The notes under the pieces were generated by a model. That model was given only the letters and a program-made list of their open reading frames with translations. It did no database searches and had not been told where the DNA came from. Made by a program: the position numbers and the translations under genes. Below are positions 9,215-17,791 of a DNA stretch of 64,000 nucleotides, piece by piece; position 1 is the first letter of the stretch, and each line of letters starts with the position of its first letter. The stretch comes from Candidatus Bathyarchaeota archaeon BA2. GTDB lineage: Archaea; Thermoproteota; Bathyarchaeia; Bathyarchaeales; Bathyarchaeaceae. The DNA lies in contig LIHK01000056.1 in the NCBI GenBank assembly GCA_001399795.1, forward strand, positions 5,773 through 69,772, in the 5' to 3' direction.

Positions 9215-12094
9215 TTGTCAGATCTTCCCAAGAACGCCTTCGATATGCTCGTTAAACCGATTCGTAGACTGGTTGAGCAGAAAGGCTTTGAAGCACCAAC
9301 CGAGCCCCAGGAGAAAACCATACCAAAAATCCTTGAGGGAAAGAATGTTCTCCTTATATCGCCTACCGCCACTGGGAAAACTGAGGCGGCTGTTCTCCCG
9401 GTTCTCAGCATGCTCATTCAAACGCTTGAAAGACCGCGTGGAATCAAAATTCTCTATGTGACGCCTCTTAGGGCTTTGAACCGAGACTTACTTGAGCGTC
9501 TCGAATGGTGGTGCAACAACCTAGACGTTAAGCTGGCGGTTAGGCATGGCGACACCGACACTGAGGAGCGGACTAGACAGGCTCAAAGCCCTCCAGACAT
9601 GTTGATCACCACGCCGGAAACCTTGCAGGCCATTCTGCCCGGTAGGCTCATGCGTCAGCACCTTCAGCAGGTAAGATGGGTGATCGTCGACGAAGTTCAT
9701 GAAATGGCGGACAGCAAGCGGGGAAGCCAGTTGTCCTTGGCTCTTGAAAGGCTCAGATGGGTCACGGGCAGAGAATTTCAACTCATCGGCTTGTCGGCAA
9801 CTATTGGAAGTCCGGAGAGGGTTGCTCAGTTTCTCGTCGGTAACGGGCGTGAAGTCGAGATCGTGAAGGTGCCCGTCGCGCGGCTCATGAGGTTAAAGAT
9901 TCTTTTTCCGCAACCGGAATCAGGTGACTACGAGTTAGCTTCAACCTTGTTTACCCATCCTGAGGTCGCCGCCCGCCTTCGCATAATTCGCCGGTTCATT
10001 GAAGAGCACAAATCTGTTCTTCTTTTCACAAACACGCGAGCCATATCAGAGGTTTTGGCCAGCCGATTCAAAGTTTGGGACGTGGACTTCCCTGTTTCCA
10101 TCCATCACGGCTCCCTGGCTAAGCCTTCTAGAATCGCGGCTGAACGGGGACTGAAGAACGGCGATTTGAAGGGGCTTGTTGCCACATCTTCGTTGGAGTT
10201 GGGCATAGACGTTGGACGGATTGACATGGTGATTCAGTATATGAGTCCGAGGCAGGTTACACGTCTCATTCAACGTGTGGGTCGGAGTGGTCACAGAGTT
10301 GGACGCATCGCAGAGGGGCTCATCATCACTATGGATTCTGATGATACGCTGGAGGCCATGTCTATCGGTCGCATGGCTGGCGAAGAGGATTTGGAGCCTG
10401 TGGATGTACCATATAAGCCGTACGATGCCTTGGCTCATCAGATCATTGGCCTCTTGATGAAGAAGAAGCGTTGGTATTTCTACGAGATTTACGACCTCTT
10501 TAGGAAGGCCTATCCATACGCTGACCTTACAGTGGAAGACGTTCAGAAAGTTTTGGATTACATGCACCATCGGTTTCCTAGGTTGGCGTGGGTTTCCTTT
10601 GAGGATATGCTTGCCATTAAGCCGCGTCAAACCAAGGCTATGTACGAGTATTATTTCGAGAATCTTTCCATGATTCCCGACGAAAAGAAATTCTTGGTTG
10701 TAGAAGAAAGTAAAGATTCTGCTGTGGGTGTTCTAGACGAGGCTTTTGTTGCCGAGTACGGTAAGCCTGGCGTGAAATTCATTATTCGTGGTAGCCCTTG
10801 GAAAATTTTGAACGTTTATGGTGACCAAATTTACGTGAAGCAGGTTAACGATCCAACTGGGGCCATTCCGAGCTGGGTTGGAGAAGAGATTCCCGTTCCC
10901 TTCGATGTGTCTCAGGAGGTTGGTTGGATCAGAGGTTTTGTTGAGGAACAGGTAAAGAATGGAAGGGAGCCTTTTGAAGTTGCTAGTCAGTTGGCCGAGA
11001 AGTATCCTGCTGACAGAGATACGGTTATGCGGGCGATTCATGAGACGGTTGAGCAAGTCAGGAAAGGTTATCCTGTTCCTACGGGTAAGCGGATACTGAT
11101 CGAGGATTGGGAGGACTTCGTCATTATTCACGCCCATTTCGGGTCCCTCACGAATCGGGCTTTGGCTCAGTTAATTGGTCACGTTTTGTCTGAGCAGACC
11201 GGATACAGCGTTATGGTTCAACACGATCCGTATCGCATTTTCGTTTATACGATGAGTGCCGCCAATGCTGATCGTATTATGGGATTGTTTGATGAGATGA
11301 AGCGGATGGATGACTTGGACATTCGTGACATGCTTACCAAGGCGACCGTGAAGACCGGCATTTTCAAGAGGCGGATGGTTCACGTTGCCCGCAGGTTTGG
11401 AGCCCTAAAAAAGTGGGTTGACCTGAGCAGAATTAGTCTTCAGAAGTTGATGAAGAGTTTTGAGGATACAGCCATCTACGATGAGGCTTTGAAGGAGACT
11501 TTCACCAAGGACCTAGATTTGGAGCACATGACCTGCGTGCTGAACGATGTTAAGAAGGGCGAAATTGAAGTCACTAAACTTGAAACTGAAGGCGTTGCGA
11601 CTCCAGTTGCGCGTGTTGGAATAGAAAGGGTTAGCATGAAAACTGACCTCATTCCACCTGAGAGGATGAAGCTTATTCTGGTGGAGTCGACTAAGGCGCG
11701 CCTCCTCAACGAGGTTCGCACCTTTGTTTGCACCGATTGCTGGGAATATCTGGAAATGATTCGGATTAAAGATTTACCTGAGATGCCAGCTTGTCCTAGA
11801 TGTGGGTCCTCAAGCTTGGGCGTGCTTGGGATGGAGGAAGATGCTATTCGGTCTTTGGTTGACAAGAGGGGTGAGAAGCTAACCACAAGCGAGGAGAAAA
11901 TGAAGAAGGGAGCTTTAAAAACGGCTAGGTTGATGTCTGGGTACGGCAAGCCAGCTGCTGTGGCCCTTTCTGGAAGAAAGCTTAGGGTTTCTGACGTGGA
12001 GGAAATTCTTAGAGAGGAGAAGACGCTTTCAGACAGGTTTTTTGAGTTGGTGATAGAGGCTGAAAGAAACGCCCTAAAAAGAAGATTCTGGTAG
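9215..12094 (+). CDS. lhr: Lhr-type large ATP-dependent helicase
   Basis: 959 aa. Walker A SPTATGKT, DEVH box, SAT, a helicase C motif QRVGRSGH, and a long C-terminal Lhr-like extension with a CxxC...CPRC zinc ribbon. TTG start at 9215; ATG alternative at 9245. Confidence 0.9.
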   Translation: MSDLPKNAFDMLVKPIRRLVEQKGFEAPTEPQEKTIPKILEGKNVLLISPTATGKTEAAVLPVLSMLIQTLERPRGIKILYVTPLRALNRDLLERLEWWCNNLDVKLAVRHGDTDTEERTRQAQSPPDMLITTPETLQAILPGRLMRQHLQQVRWVIVDEVHEMADSKRGSQLSLALERLRWVTGREFQLIGLSATIGSPERVAQFLVGNGREVEIVKVPVARLMRLKILFPQPESGDYELASTLFTHPEVAARLRIIRRFIEEHKSVLLFTNTRAISEVLASRFKVWDVDFPVSIHHGSLAKPSRIAAERGLKNGDLKGLVATSSLELGIDVGRIDMVIQYMSPRQVTRLIQRVGRSGHRVGRIAEGLIITMDSDDTLEAMSIGRMAGEEDLEPVDVPYKPYDALAHQIIGLLMKKKRWYFYEIYDLFRKAYPYADLTVEDVQKVLDYMHHRFPRLAWVSFEDMLAIKPRQTKAMYEYYFENLSMIPDEKKFLVVEESKDSAVGVLDEAFVAEYGKPGVKFIIRGSPWKILNVYGDQIYVKQVNDPTGAIPSWVGEEIPVPFDVSQEVGWIRGFVEEQVKNGREPFEVASQLAEKYPADRDTVMRAIHETVEQVRKGYPVPTGKRILIEDWEDFVIIHAHFGSLTNRALAQLIGHVLSEQTGYSVMVQHDPYRIFVYTMSAANADRIMGLFDEMKRMDDLDIRDMLTKATVKTGIFKRRMVHVARRFGALKKWVDLSRISLQKLMKSFEDTAIYDEALKETFTKDLDLEHMTCVLNDVKKGEIEVTKLETEGVATPVARVGIERVSMKTDLIPPERMKLILVESTKARLLNEVRTFVCTDCWEYLEMIRIKDLPEMPACPRCGSSSLGVLGMEEDAIRSLVDKRGEKLTTSEEKMKKGALKTARLMSGYGKPAAVALSGRKLRVSDVEEILREEKTLSDRFFELVIEAERNALKRRFW
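12044..12093 (+). repeat. Direct repeat copy 1 (lhr 3' end)
   Basis: 48 of 50 nt identical to 12763-12812. Encodes ELVIEAERNALKRRFW. Confidence 0.95.
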
Positions 12095-12206
12095 GTGTCT
12101 ATTTCTAGAACCTAATTTTTGCCGAGTTAAAATTAGGCTTCAGGGAAAATTTAATGAACGTAAGTGTAAGCAATTGCGATTGATTGCGGAAGATGGAGTG
12201 GCTTAG

Positions 12207-12527
12207 ATGAAAACTTTCATGGAAGAAATCATGAGGGCTTATAGGAAGAAAGTGCTTTTTACGCGTCATGCGTTGAATCAGATGAACTTGTCTGAGAGAA
12301 TGATTTCGAGGCTGGAGGTTTATGAGGCATTGGAGAGTGATGAGATTGTGGAAGATTATCCAGATGATCCTCGGGGGCACAGTTGTTTGCTTATGGGCAA
12401 AACTCGTGATGGAAGGGTTATTCATGTGGTTTGTGCACCCAAGGAGGATTATTTGGCGATAATAACGATTTATTCGCCAACTTTATTAGAGTGGGAACCA
12501 GACTTTAAAACGCGTAGAAGAGAGTGA
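12207..12527 (+). CDS. DUF4258-family toxin-like protein
   Basis: 106 aa. The F/TRHALNQM...EDYPDDPRG...LL...VVCA pattern is typical of DUF4258. A 4-nt overlap with the downstream zinc-finger gene also fits a toxin-antitoxin pair. Confidence 0.7.
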   Translation: MKTFMEEIMRAYRKKVLFTRHALNQMNLSERMISRLEVYEALESDEIVEDYPDDPRGHSCLLMGKTRDGRVIHVVCAPKEDYLAIITIYSPTLLEWEPDFKTRRRE

Positions 12528-12760
12528 GGCTCATGGAATGTTATTATTGTAAGGGCGCTATGGTTAGGGGAAAAACAACTTATACGATGAATGGGCGGGG
12601 GTATCATCTTCTTATCGATGAAGTTCCGGCTTGGATATGTCAGCAGTGTGGCGAGGTTTATTTTGAAGGAGAGGAAGTCGACATAATCCAAGACTTGATT
12701 AAGACGATTGATTCAAAACTCGCCAAAGCTCAATTGGCTAAACCAAAACCTCCAACGTAG
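12524..12760 (+). CDS. YgiT/MqsA-type zinc-finger antitoxin-like protein
   Basis: CYYCKG...CQQCGEVYF zinc-finger pattern. It overlaps the upstream toxin-like gene. Confidence 0.7.
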   Translation: MRLMECYYCKGAMVRGKTTYTMNGRGYHLLIDEVPAWICQQCGEVYFEGEEVDIIQDLIKTIDSKLAKAQLAKPKPPT

Positions 12761-12762
12761 AT

Positions 12763-12812
12763 GAGCTGGTCATAGAGGCTGAAAGAAACGCCCTAAAAAG
12801 AAGATTCTGGTA
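12763..12812 (+). repeat. Direct repeat copy 2 (displaced lhr 3' end remnant)
   Basis: Same 16 codons as the lhr C-terminus plus a TAA stop. It starts 2 nt after the antitoxin stop codon. Confidence 0.95.
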
Positions 12813-13036
12813 AGTTTACGCTGAAAAGGCAACTTTAGGGCTCGGATTTTCCTCACATGTGCTTGTAGAACGATTTATGATCGGAAATGTGTTGGGAATG
12901 TTGAAAACATTGTTGAAAAATTATGGAGGGGCCCTAGATAGAGAAAGAGATAGTTATTTAGAATTCATAAAAGTATAAAAGGAAGAGAAAGTGACTTAGT
13001 AGTCCCCTACTGTTAGACCCTCTGGAGAAGAACAAT

Positions 13037-13372
13037 TTGGAATTAACCCGCCAAAGAATACGGGAACAGGCCCTCCAAAGATTCAAACATACACGAACCT
13101 GCGTCCTAGCCAGAGAACTATGCCTCCTCATCCGCACAAACAGAGTAGCCCTCAACCCAAAAGACGTAGCCGACTGTTGCTCCTTCATATCAACCATATG
13201 CAAAGAAGCTGGCTGCACGGAACCAAGCGAAATATGCCAAAAAGCTGCAGAAGCAGTCCTAACAAGCGAAGAGCGATACTTGGACCTCTGCATGCAAAGC
13301 TGCCAGAAATGCGGAGAATCCAGAAGACCCGCCGCAAGACAAATTCGAGAAAGAACAACCTATGTAGCCTAA
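13037..13372 (+). CDS. Hypothetical Cys-rich protein
   Basis: ORF with spaced Cys pairs (CCSFISTICKEAGC...CQKA...CMQSCQKCG). Only a TTG start is available, and there are competing ORFs in other frames. Confidence 0.3.
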   Translation: MELTRQRIREQALQRFKHTRTCVLARELCLLIRTNRVALNPKDVADCCSFISTICKEAGCTEPSEICQKAAEAVLTSEERYLDLCMQSCQKCGESRRPAARQIRERTTYVA

Positions 13373-13435
13373 CAACCGCGAAAACCATAAAAGCAGAAGG
13401 CATGTAATAAAGACAAAAAGCGAGGAGGACTAAAC

Positions 13436-13909
13436 TTGTTTATAGCACCATACGTCGCCTCACCCATGCCGGTAGTACGTCGAATGCTCACCCTCGCCGA
13501 ACTTAAACCCGGAGAAACCTTCTACGACTTAGGCTCAGGAGACGGTAGGGCAGTAATAATGGCTGCCCAAGACTTTGGAGCCAATGCTGTAGGGATCGAG
13601 TTGAGGGAAGACCTAGCGAAAAGAGCCCTCAACAGCATTGATGAACTCGGCATCGAGAGAAGGGTGCAAATTCTTCAAAACGACATATTCAAGGTTGACT
13701 TAACCACCGCAGATGTCGTCTTCCTGTACCTCACAACAAGCGCAAACGAGAAAATCAAGCCAAAACTGGAGTCTGAGCTTAAACCAGGAACCCGAATCGT
13801 TTCCCACGACTATGAAATTCTCGGGTGGAAACCATCTAAAATCGACAATTTCTGTGAAAACCCTAAGCTAGGCTACCCATCCCACACACTCTACGTCTAC
13901 AAAAGGTAA
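13436..13909 (+). CDS. Class I SAM-dependent methyltransferase
   Basis: Motif I FYDLGSGDGRAV, an acidic residue after beta-2 (GIELRE), and DVVFLYL. Confidence 0.8.
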   Translation: MFIAPYVASPMPVVRRMLTLAELKPGETFYDLGSGDGRAVIMAAQDFGANAVGIELREDLAKRALNSIDELGIERRVQILQNDIFKVDLTTADVVFLYLTTSANEKIKPKLESELKPGTRIVSHDYEILGWKPSKIDNFCENPKLGYPSHTLYVYKR

Positions 13910-14038
13910 CGTCTTCGTTCCAACGCTAAGTGATTCTAAACTTTCCGCAACATCACCTAGACTACAATTTATAAGATAGACCCTTTCTTGAATATTCTGA
14001 ACCTGCAAGACCAGCAGTTCATCGCTGGCGGATGAGAA

Positions 14039-14560
14039 ATGGTACCCATCCCTTGGAGATACGTTGAGTCTTGAAACTGTATCGCCTGTGGCATGTGCTG
14101 CAAAGGTTATCAGGTAGTCCTCGGGTTCAACGAGTGGGTTAACCTAGTTCGAACGTACGGGGTTGGAGTAATCCAGCCGGGCATAGACAAGTTTTATCTG
14201 GGGAAAAAAAGCGACGGCACATGCCTCTTCTTGTACAAGCTTTTCGACACACGGCTCTGTGGACTGCAAAACATGAAGCCTAAGGCTTGCAAACTTTGGC
14301 CCTTCAAAATTCTCTCTGGACCCAAGTTTGGCAGATCAAATGAGGCTGTCTATAGGTACAGGGACAAGGATTTTTTCGTTTACGTGGATCCGTCGTGTAT
14401 TGGGATAAGGTGGGGTAAACCGACGCCGGAGTTTACTTATAGAACCTTAACGGAGCTTGTTGAAATAGCCATGGGACTACGGGAAAAGCAGTATTATTCC
14501 ACTTCTAGGATACCTTACCGCCCACGATACTTTAGGGTTAGAGGAAGAAAAATAGTCTAG
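14039..14560 (+). CDS. YkgJ-family (CxxCxxCC) cysteine-cluster protein, interrupted by an in-frame TGA at 14072
   Basis: MVPIPWRYVES-TGA-NCIACGMCCKGY. The family motif begins 2 codons after the stop. No start codon lies between the TGA and the motif. The track ORF (ATG 14093) would lack the first two Cys. Confidence 0.65.
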
Positions 14561-14701
14561 AAATCAAGTTACACCATTTACTTCAAACATGAGCAAACAT
14601 AAATTCATTATTGTTCACATTCGATGCATTTACAATATTAGTTTTGATTCCTTTAGAATTAGAAGTATAGTATAGAAGGTTGTGATAGGCAAATTTTAAA
14701 T

Positions 14702-15925
14702 TTGCATGAAAATGAGGGCGGAACAGCAGTTGCGCTTTCTTCTACGTTTTCAGCTGAATTCGAAGTTAATACACCTATTGGTACGGATGTAATAGTTACT
14801 GACCCAGTTTCTGGCGTCACCGTAAAATTTGCTGAAGTTACAAACGCCGGAGTTACAATTGTTACTACTAGCGATATAGGGCCTACGCCACCAATAGGGT
14901 TCAAAATTGTGGGGGGATCACCACAATATTATGAGATCACTACAACCGCCGAATACGCAGTGACCATTGAAATAGCCATACCTTATGATCCGGCTCAAGT
15001 CAAGGGATCAGAAGGGTATCTAAAACTTATGCAATGGGATTCTGTTGAGGCAAAATGGAAAGATGTTACAACCTGGGTGGATGAGGTAAACAATGTAATC
15101 TACGGGCAGGTCACGGCACTCTCAATATTTGCGGTGATGGAATCGGAGCAATACTATCTAACGGTTCAAACAGAGCCTCTAGGCATAGCAACCATTCCTG
15201 GCGAAGGCTGGTACGATGAAGGCGAAACCGCATACGCAATACTAGCAATAGGCTTAGATTACGTTGACACTCTCGCCTATGGCTTCGTCGGCTGGAGCGG
15301 AGACGCCTCAGGCTGGGACCTAATAAGCGAACCCATCATAATGAACGCGCCCAAAACCGCCATCGCCAACTGGGAAGCCGGCCCAGTATACGAAGACGTC
15401 CGCACCATAGGATTCTGGAAACACCAAGTAAACGTCTGGTACTTCACCGAACTAGAAAAAACAGGCATGAAGATCAGGGGCATAGGAAAAGCGCAAATAC
15501 CTGAAGATGAGCTCATAGCCTACCTAACATTCATTGACACCAACTCAGACTATTTCAGAGGCAAAATAGTAAAAGACAACGATGGCGACGGAACTATCAT
15601 CAACTTGGAGATACTGCAAAACGCCTACAACTTCTTGGAGACTCCGACTGGTCCAGAGAGCATGAAAATGAGGGCGGAGCAGCAACTACTCGCCCTCTGG
15701 CTCAACCTAGCCCACAAAGCGTTCTTCTGGAACACCCAACTCAGCCAAGACACACTCTACATATACTATCAATACACCTACGATGATGCCGACGGACTAG
15801 CCACAATAGGCGAAGCAATAAGATTCTGCGAAGCCGAACTAACCAAAACAGACAGCAACTACGAGGCAGTCAAAAACATATGCGACAGCATCAACAATAA
15901 CCTAGGCATAATCTGGGGAACATAG
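14702..15925 (+). CDS. Hypothetical cell-surface-like protein, probably 5'-truncated
   Basis: 407 aa with a beta-rich N-terminal part and no signal peptide. Its first codons lie inside a 25-nt copy of an internal segment read in a different frame. Confidence 0.5.
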   Translation: MHENEGGTAVALSSTFSAEFEVNTPIGTDVIVTDPVSGVTVKFAEVTNAGVTIVTTSDIGPTPPIGFKIVGGSPQYYEITTTAEYAVTIEIAIPYDPAQVKGSEGYLKLMQWDSVEAKWKDVTTWVDEVNNVIYGQVTALSIFAVMESEQYYLTVQTEPLGIATIPGEGWYDEGETAYAILAIGLDYVDTLAYGFVGWSGDASGWDLISEPIIMNAPKTAIANWEAGPVYEDVRTIGFWKHQVNVWYFTELEKTGMKIRGIGKAQIPEDELIAYLTFIDTNSDYFRGKIVKDNDGDGTIINLEILQNAYNFLETPTGPESMKMRAEQQLLALWLNLAHKAFFWNTQLSQDTLYIYYQYTYDDADGLATIGEAIRFCEAELTKTDSNYEAVKNICDSINNNLGIIWGT

Positions 15926-16019
15926 AAAACAATCCATTAACGAACAAACACAAGTCCCCTCTTTTTTCTATACATTATAGCTTTGGAACGAATGCCTTTC
16001 GTACAGCATCTCATACAAC

Positions 16020-17776
16020 TTACTCATTACTCAATTTCTCAACGTTGTCGATTTCCTCAACCTTCTTGTCTGGTCGAAAACGCACAACCTTCGGAACCCT
16101 CGAGGCGTAACCACTCGTATACTCGTCTGTTTCCTGAATCTCCTGGTAAGTCGCCTCCACCACAACCGAAGGCTTAACGAAAACCCCTTCATTATCTTGG
16201 CTGATCCTGGTTTGCTCCACAATGTCCCTAAGCATGTCCATGGTTTCCTCTGGCAGATTCGAAACCCTTCCGATGGTGTAAAGCTTTTTCTTTTCTGGAT
16301 CTCGAACAGCCAGCAAAAAGGAGGAGTATAGTCCAGCTCTCCTTCCCTTCCCGTACAAAGCCTTTATAATGGTGCAGTCGATGGTGTCGCGCTCAGGCTT
16401 CAGTTTCAGCCAGGTGTAGGTTCTCTGCCCAGCCTCGTAGGTTGAGTTAAGATTCTTAACGACTATGCCTTCCAAACCGCTACGCAAGGCTTCCTCGTAA
16501 AACTTCATCAGTTCAACCTCGTTTTCACAGTCCCTCCCTTCCACAACATACTCGGCTGGAACAACCTCTAGGAGGTATTTCCTCCTTTCCGAAAGAGGCA
16601 GATCGGTCAGCTTCCTACCATTCAAGAAAAGAATGTCGAAGGCTCGGATAGTTACCCTAATCTTCTTCTTTCTTCGCTCCAAACCTTCCTTAGGCGGCTT
16701 TCTTGGAACAGTTCTTTCAAGCAAATATTGGAACGGGAGAAATCTTCCGTTTTCATCGATGGCGACAACCTCGTTGTCAACGATGCAACTCTGCGCCTTA
16801 AAAGTGTTGGCAATATCCACGACTTCAGGTAGAGTCTGCGACTTCTCCAATGCCCTCCTTGAAAAAAGCCAAGTTTGGGTGCCCCACCTATGAATCTGCA
16901 ATCGGCTTCCATCCAACTTGAACTCAGCTCGAACAGGATACTCCACCTTGTCGGACTCGTATAAATGGGCGAGTTGGGGCTTAAGAAACTGTCCGGGTCG
17001 CAGTTTTATGGTTGAAAGCGCTAGGTCGCCCTTGGGCACAAGCATTATGCCTTCAGTTATTCCTAGTATGGCGCAAGCGCTTTCAATAAGCTCAGGCGAA
17101 ACGTTATAGGCTCTTGCTGCAGCTCGAATTACAGTTCGTTGGTAGTAGCCCAGTTTCAGGTCGCTCAACAGGAGCCTAACTATATACTTTGCCTCTTCAG
17201 GGGTGCCAACCCTCAACAGGCTGGAGATGTGGAGGTTCCGCTCCATAATCCTGGCCATTTTAGGGAGAAGCCTAATTGCTTCGTAAACTTCCTCCACGGT
17301 TAGTTCTTCTTTCTTCGGTTTTTTAGGAGGAAGGCTACTTCTCCGTGTTCGCCGTAGTCTATGAGTAGTTTTCTCACTTCGCGTATGGACGTTCCTGTGG
17401 CGAGGGATACGGCTCTTTCCACGGTTCCTGGACCCACTTTTAGACTTTCTTCTATGATGTTTCCGAGTGCCAGCCTCGTTTTCATCTCTAAGCCTAGGTC
17501 CTCTCGCTGGAAGAATTTGGCGAGTCCTGTTTCCTTTCCCTTCTTGCTTCTCAAAACGGCTAGGCGTTCATACACCTTTACAACACTTGAGAAGGGGGCG
17601 GGATTTTTCAGCGGTATCCCTGCTATGAATAAACGTATGAGATGGTAGGGGACTCCCCACTTCCATTCAATTTGTTCTGGAGTGAAACCTGATTCTATAA
17701 GGTGTTGTACTGCGGCTTTAGGACTGCCGTACATTTGAACGAGTTCCTCAAAGGTGGGAGGCTTCACTACCGTCAT
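16020..17776 (-). CDS. lig: ATP-dependent DNA ligase, split into two ORFs by a -1 frame change at 17318-17324
   Basis: The upstream ORF (17300-17776) is the ligase N-terminal DNA-binding domain (FSSVVKVYERLA...GEHGEVA). The downstream ORF (16020-17297) carries the adenylation motif EFKLDGSR and the OB domain. Read in the -1 frame, the join gives ...KKPKKEELTVEEVYEAI. Confidence 0.85.
17318..17324 (-). promoter_or_regulatory. A_AAA_AAC heptamer in the ligase 0 frame (candidate -1 slip site or homopolymer indel site)
   Basis: The minus strand reads CTA AAA AAC CGA. The X_XXY_YYZ phasing was verified by counting back from the stop at 17300-17302. Confidence 0.6.
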
Positions 17777-17791
17777 AGCTTTTCACTGACT

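Noticed and set aside
14072-14074. Selenocysteine at the in-frame TGA of the YkgJ-like gene.
   Set aside because: I could see no GC-rich SECIS-like hairpin in the AT-rich 3' flank (14561-14700), and this window has no Sec machinery. A nonsense mutation or a base error is more likely. It is still listed as a finding because the position is striking.
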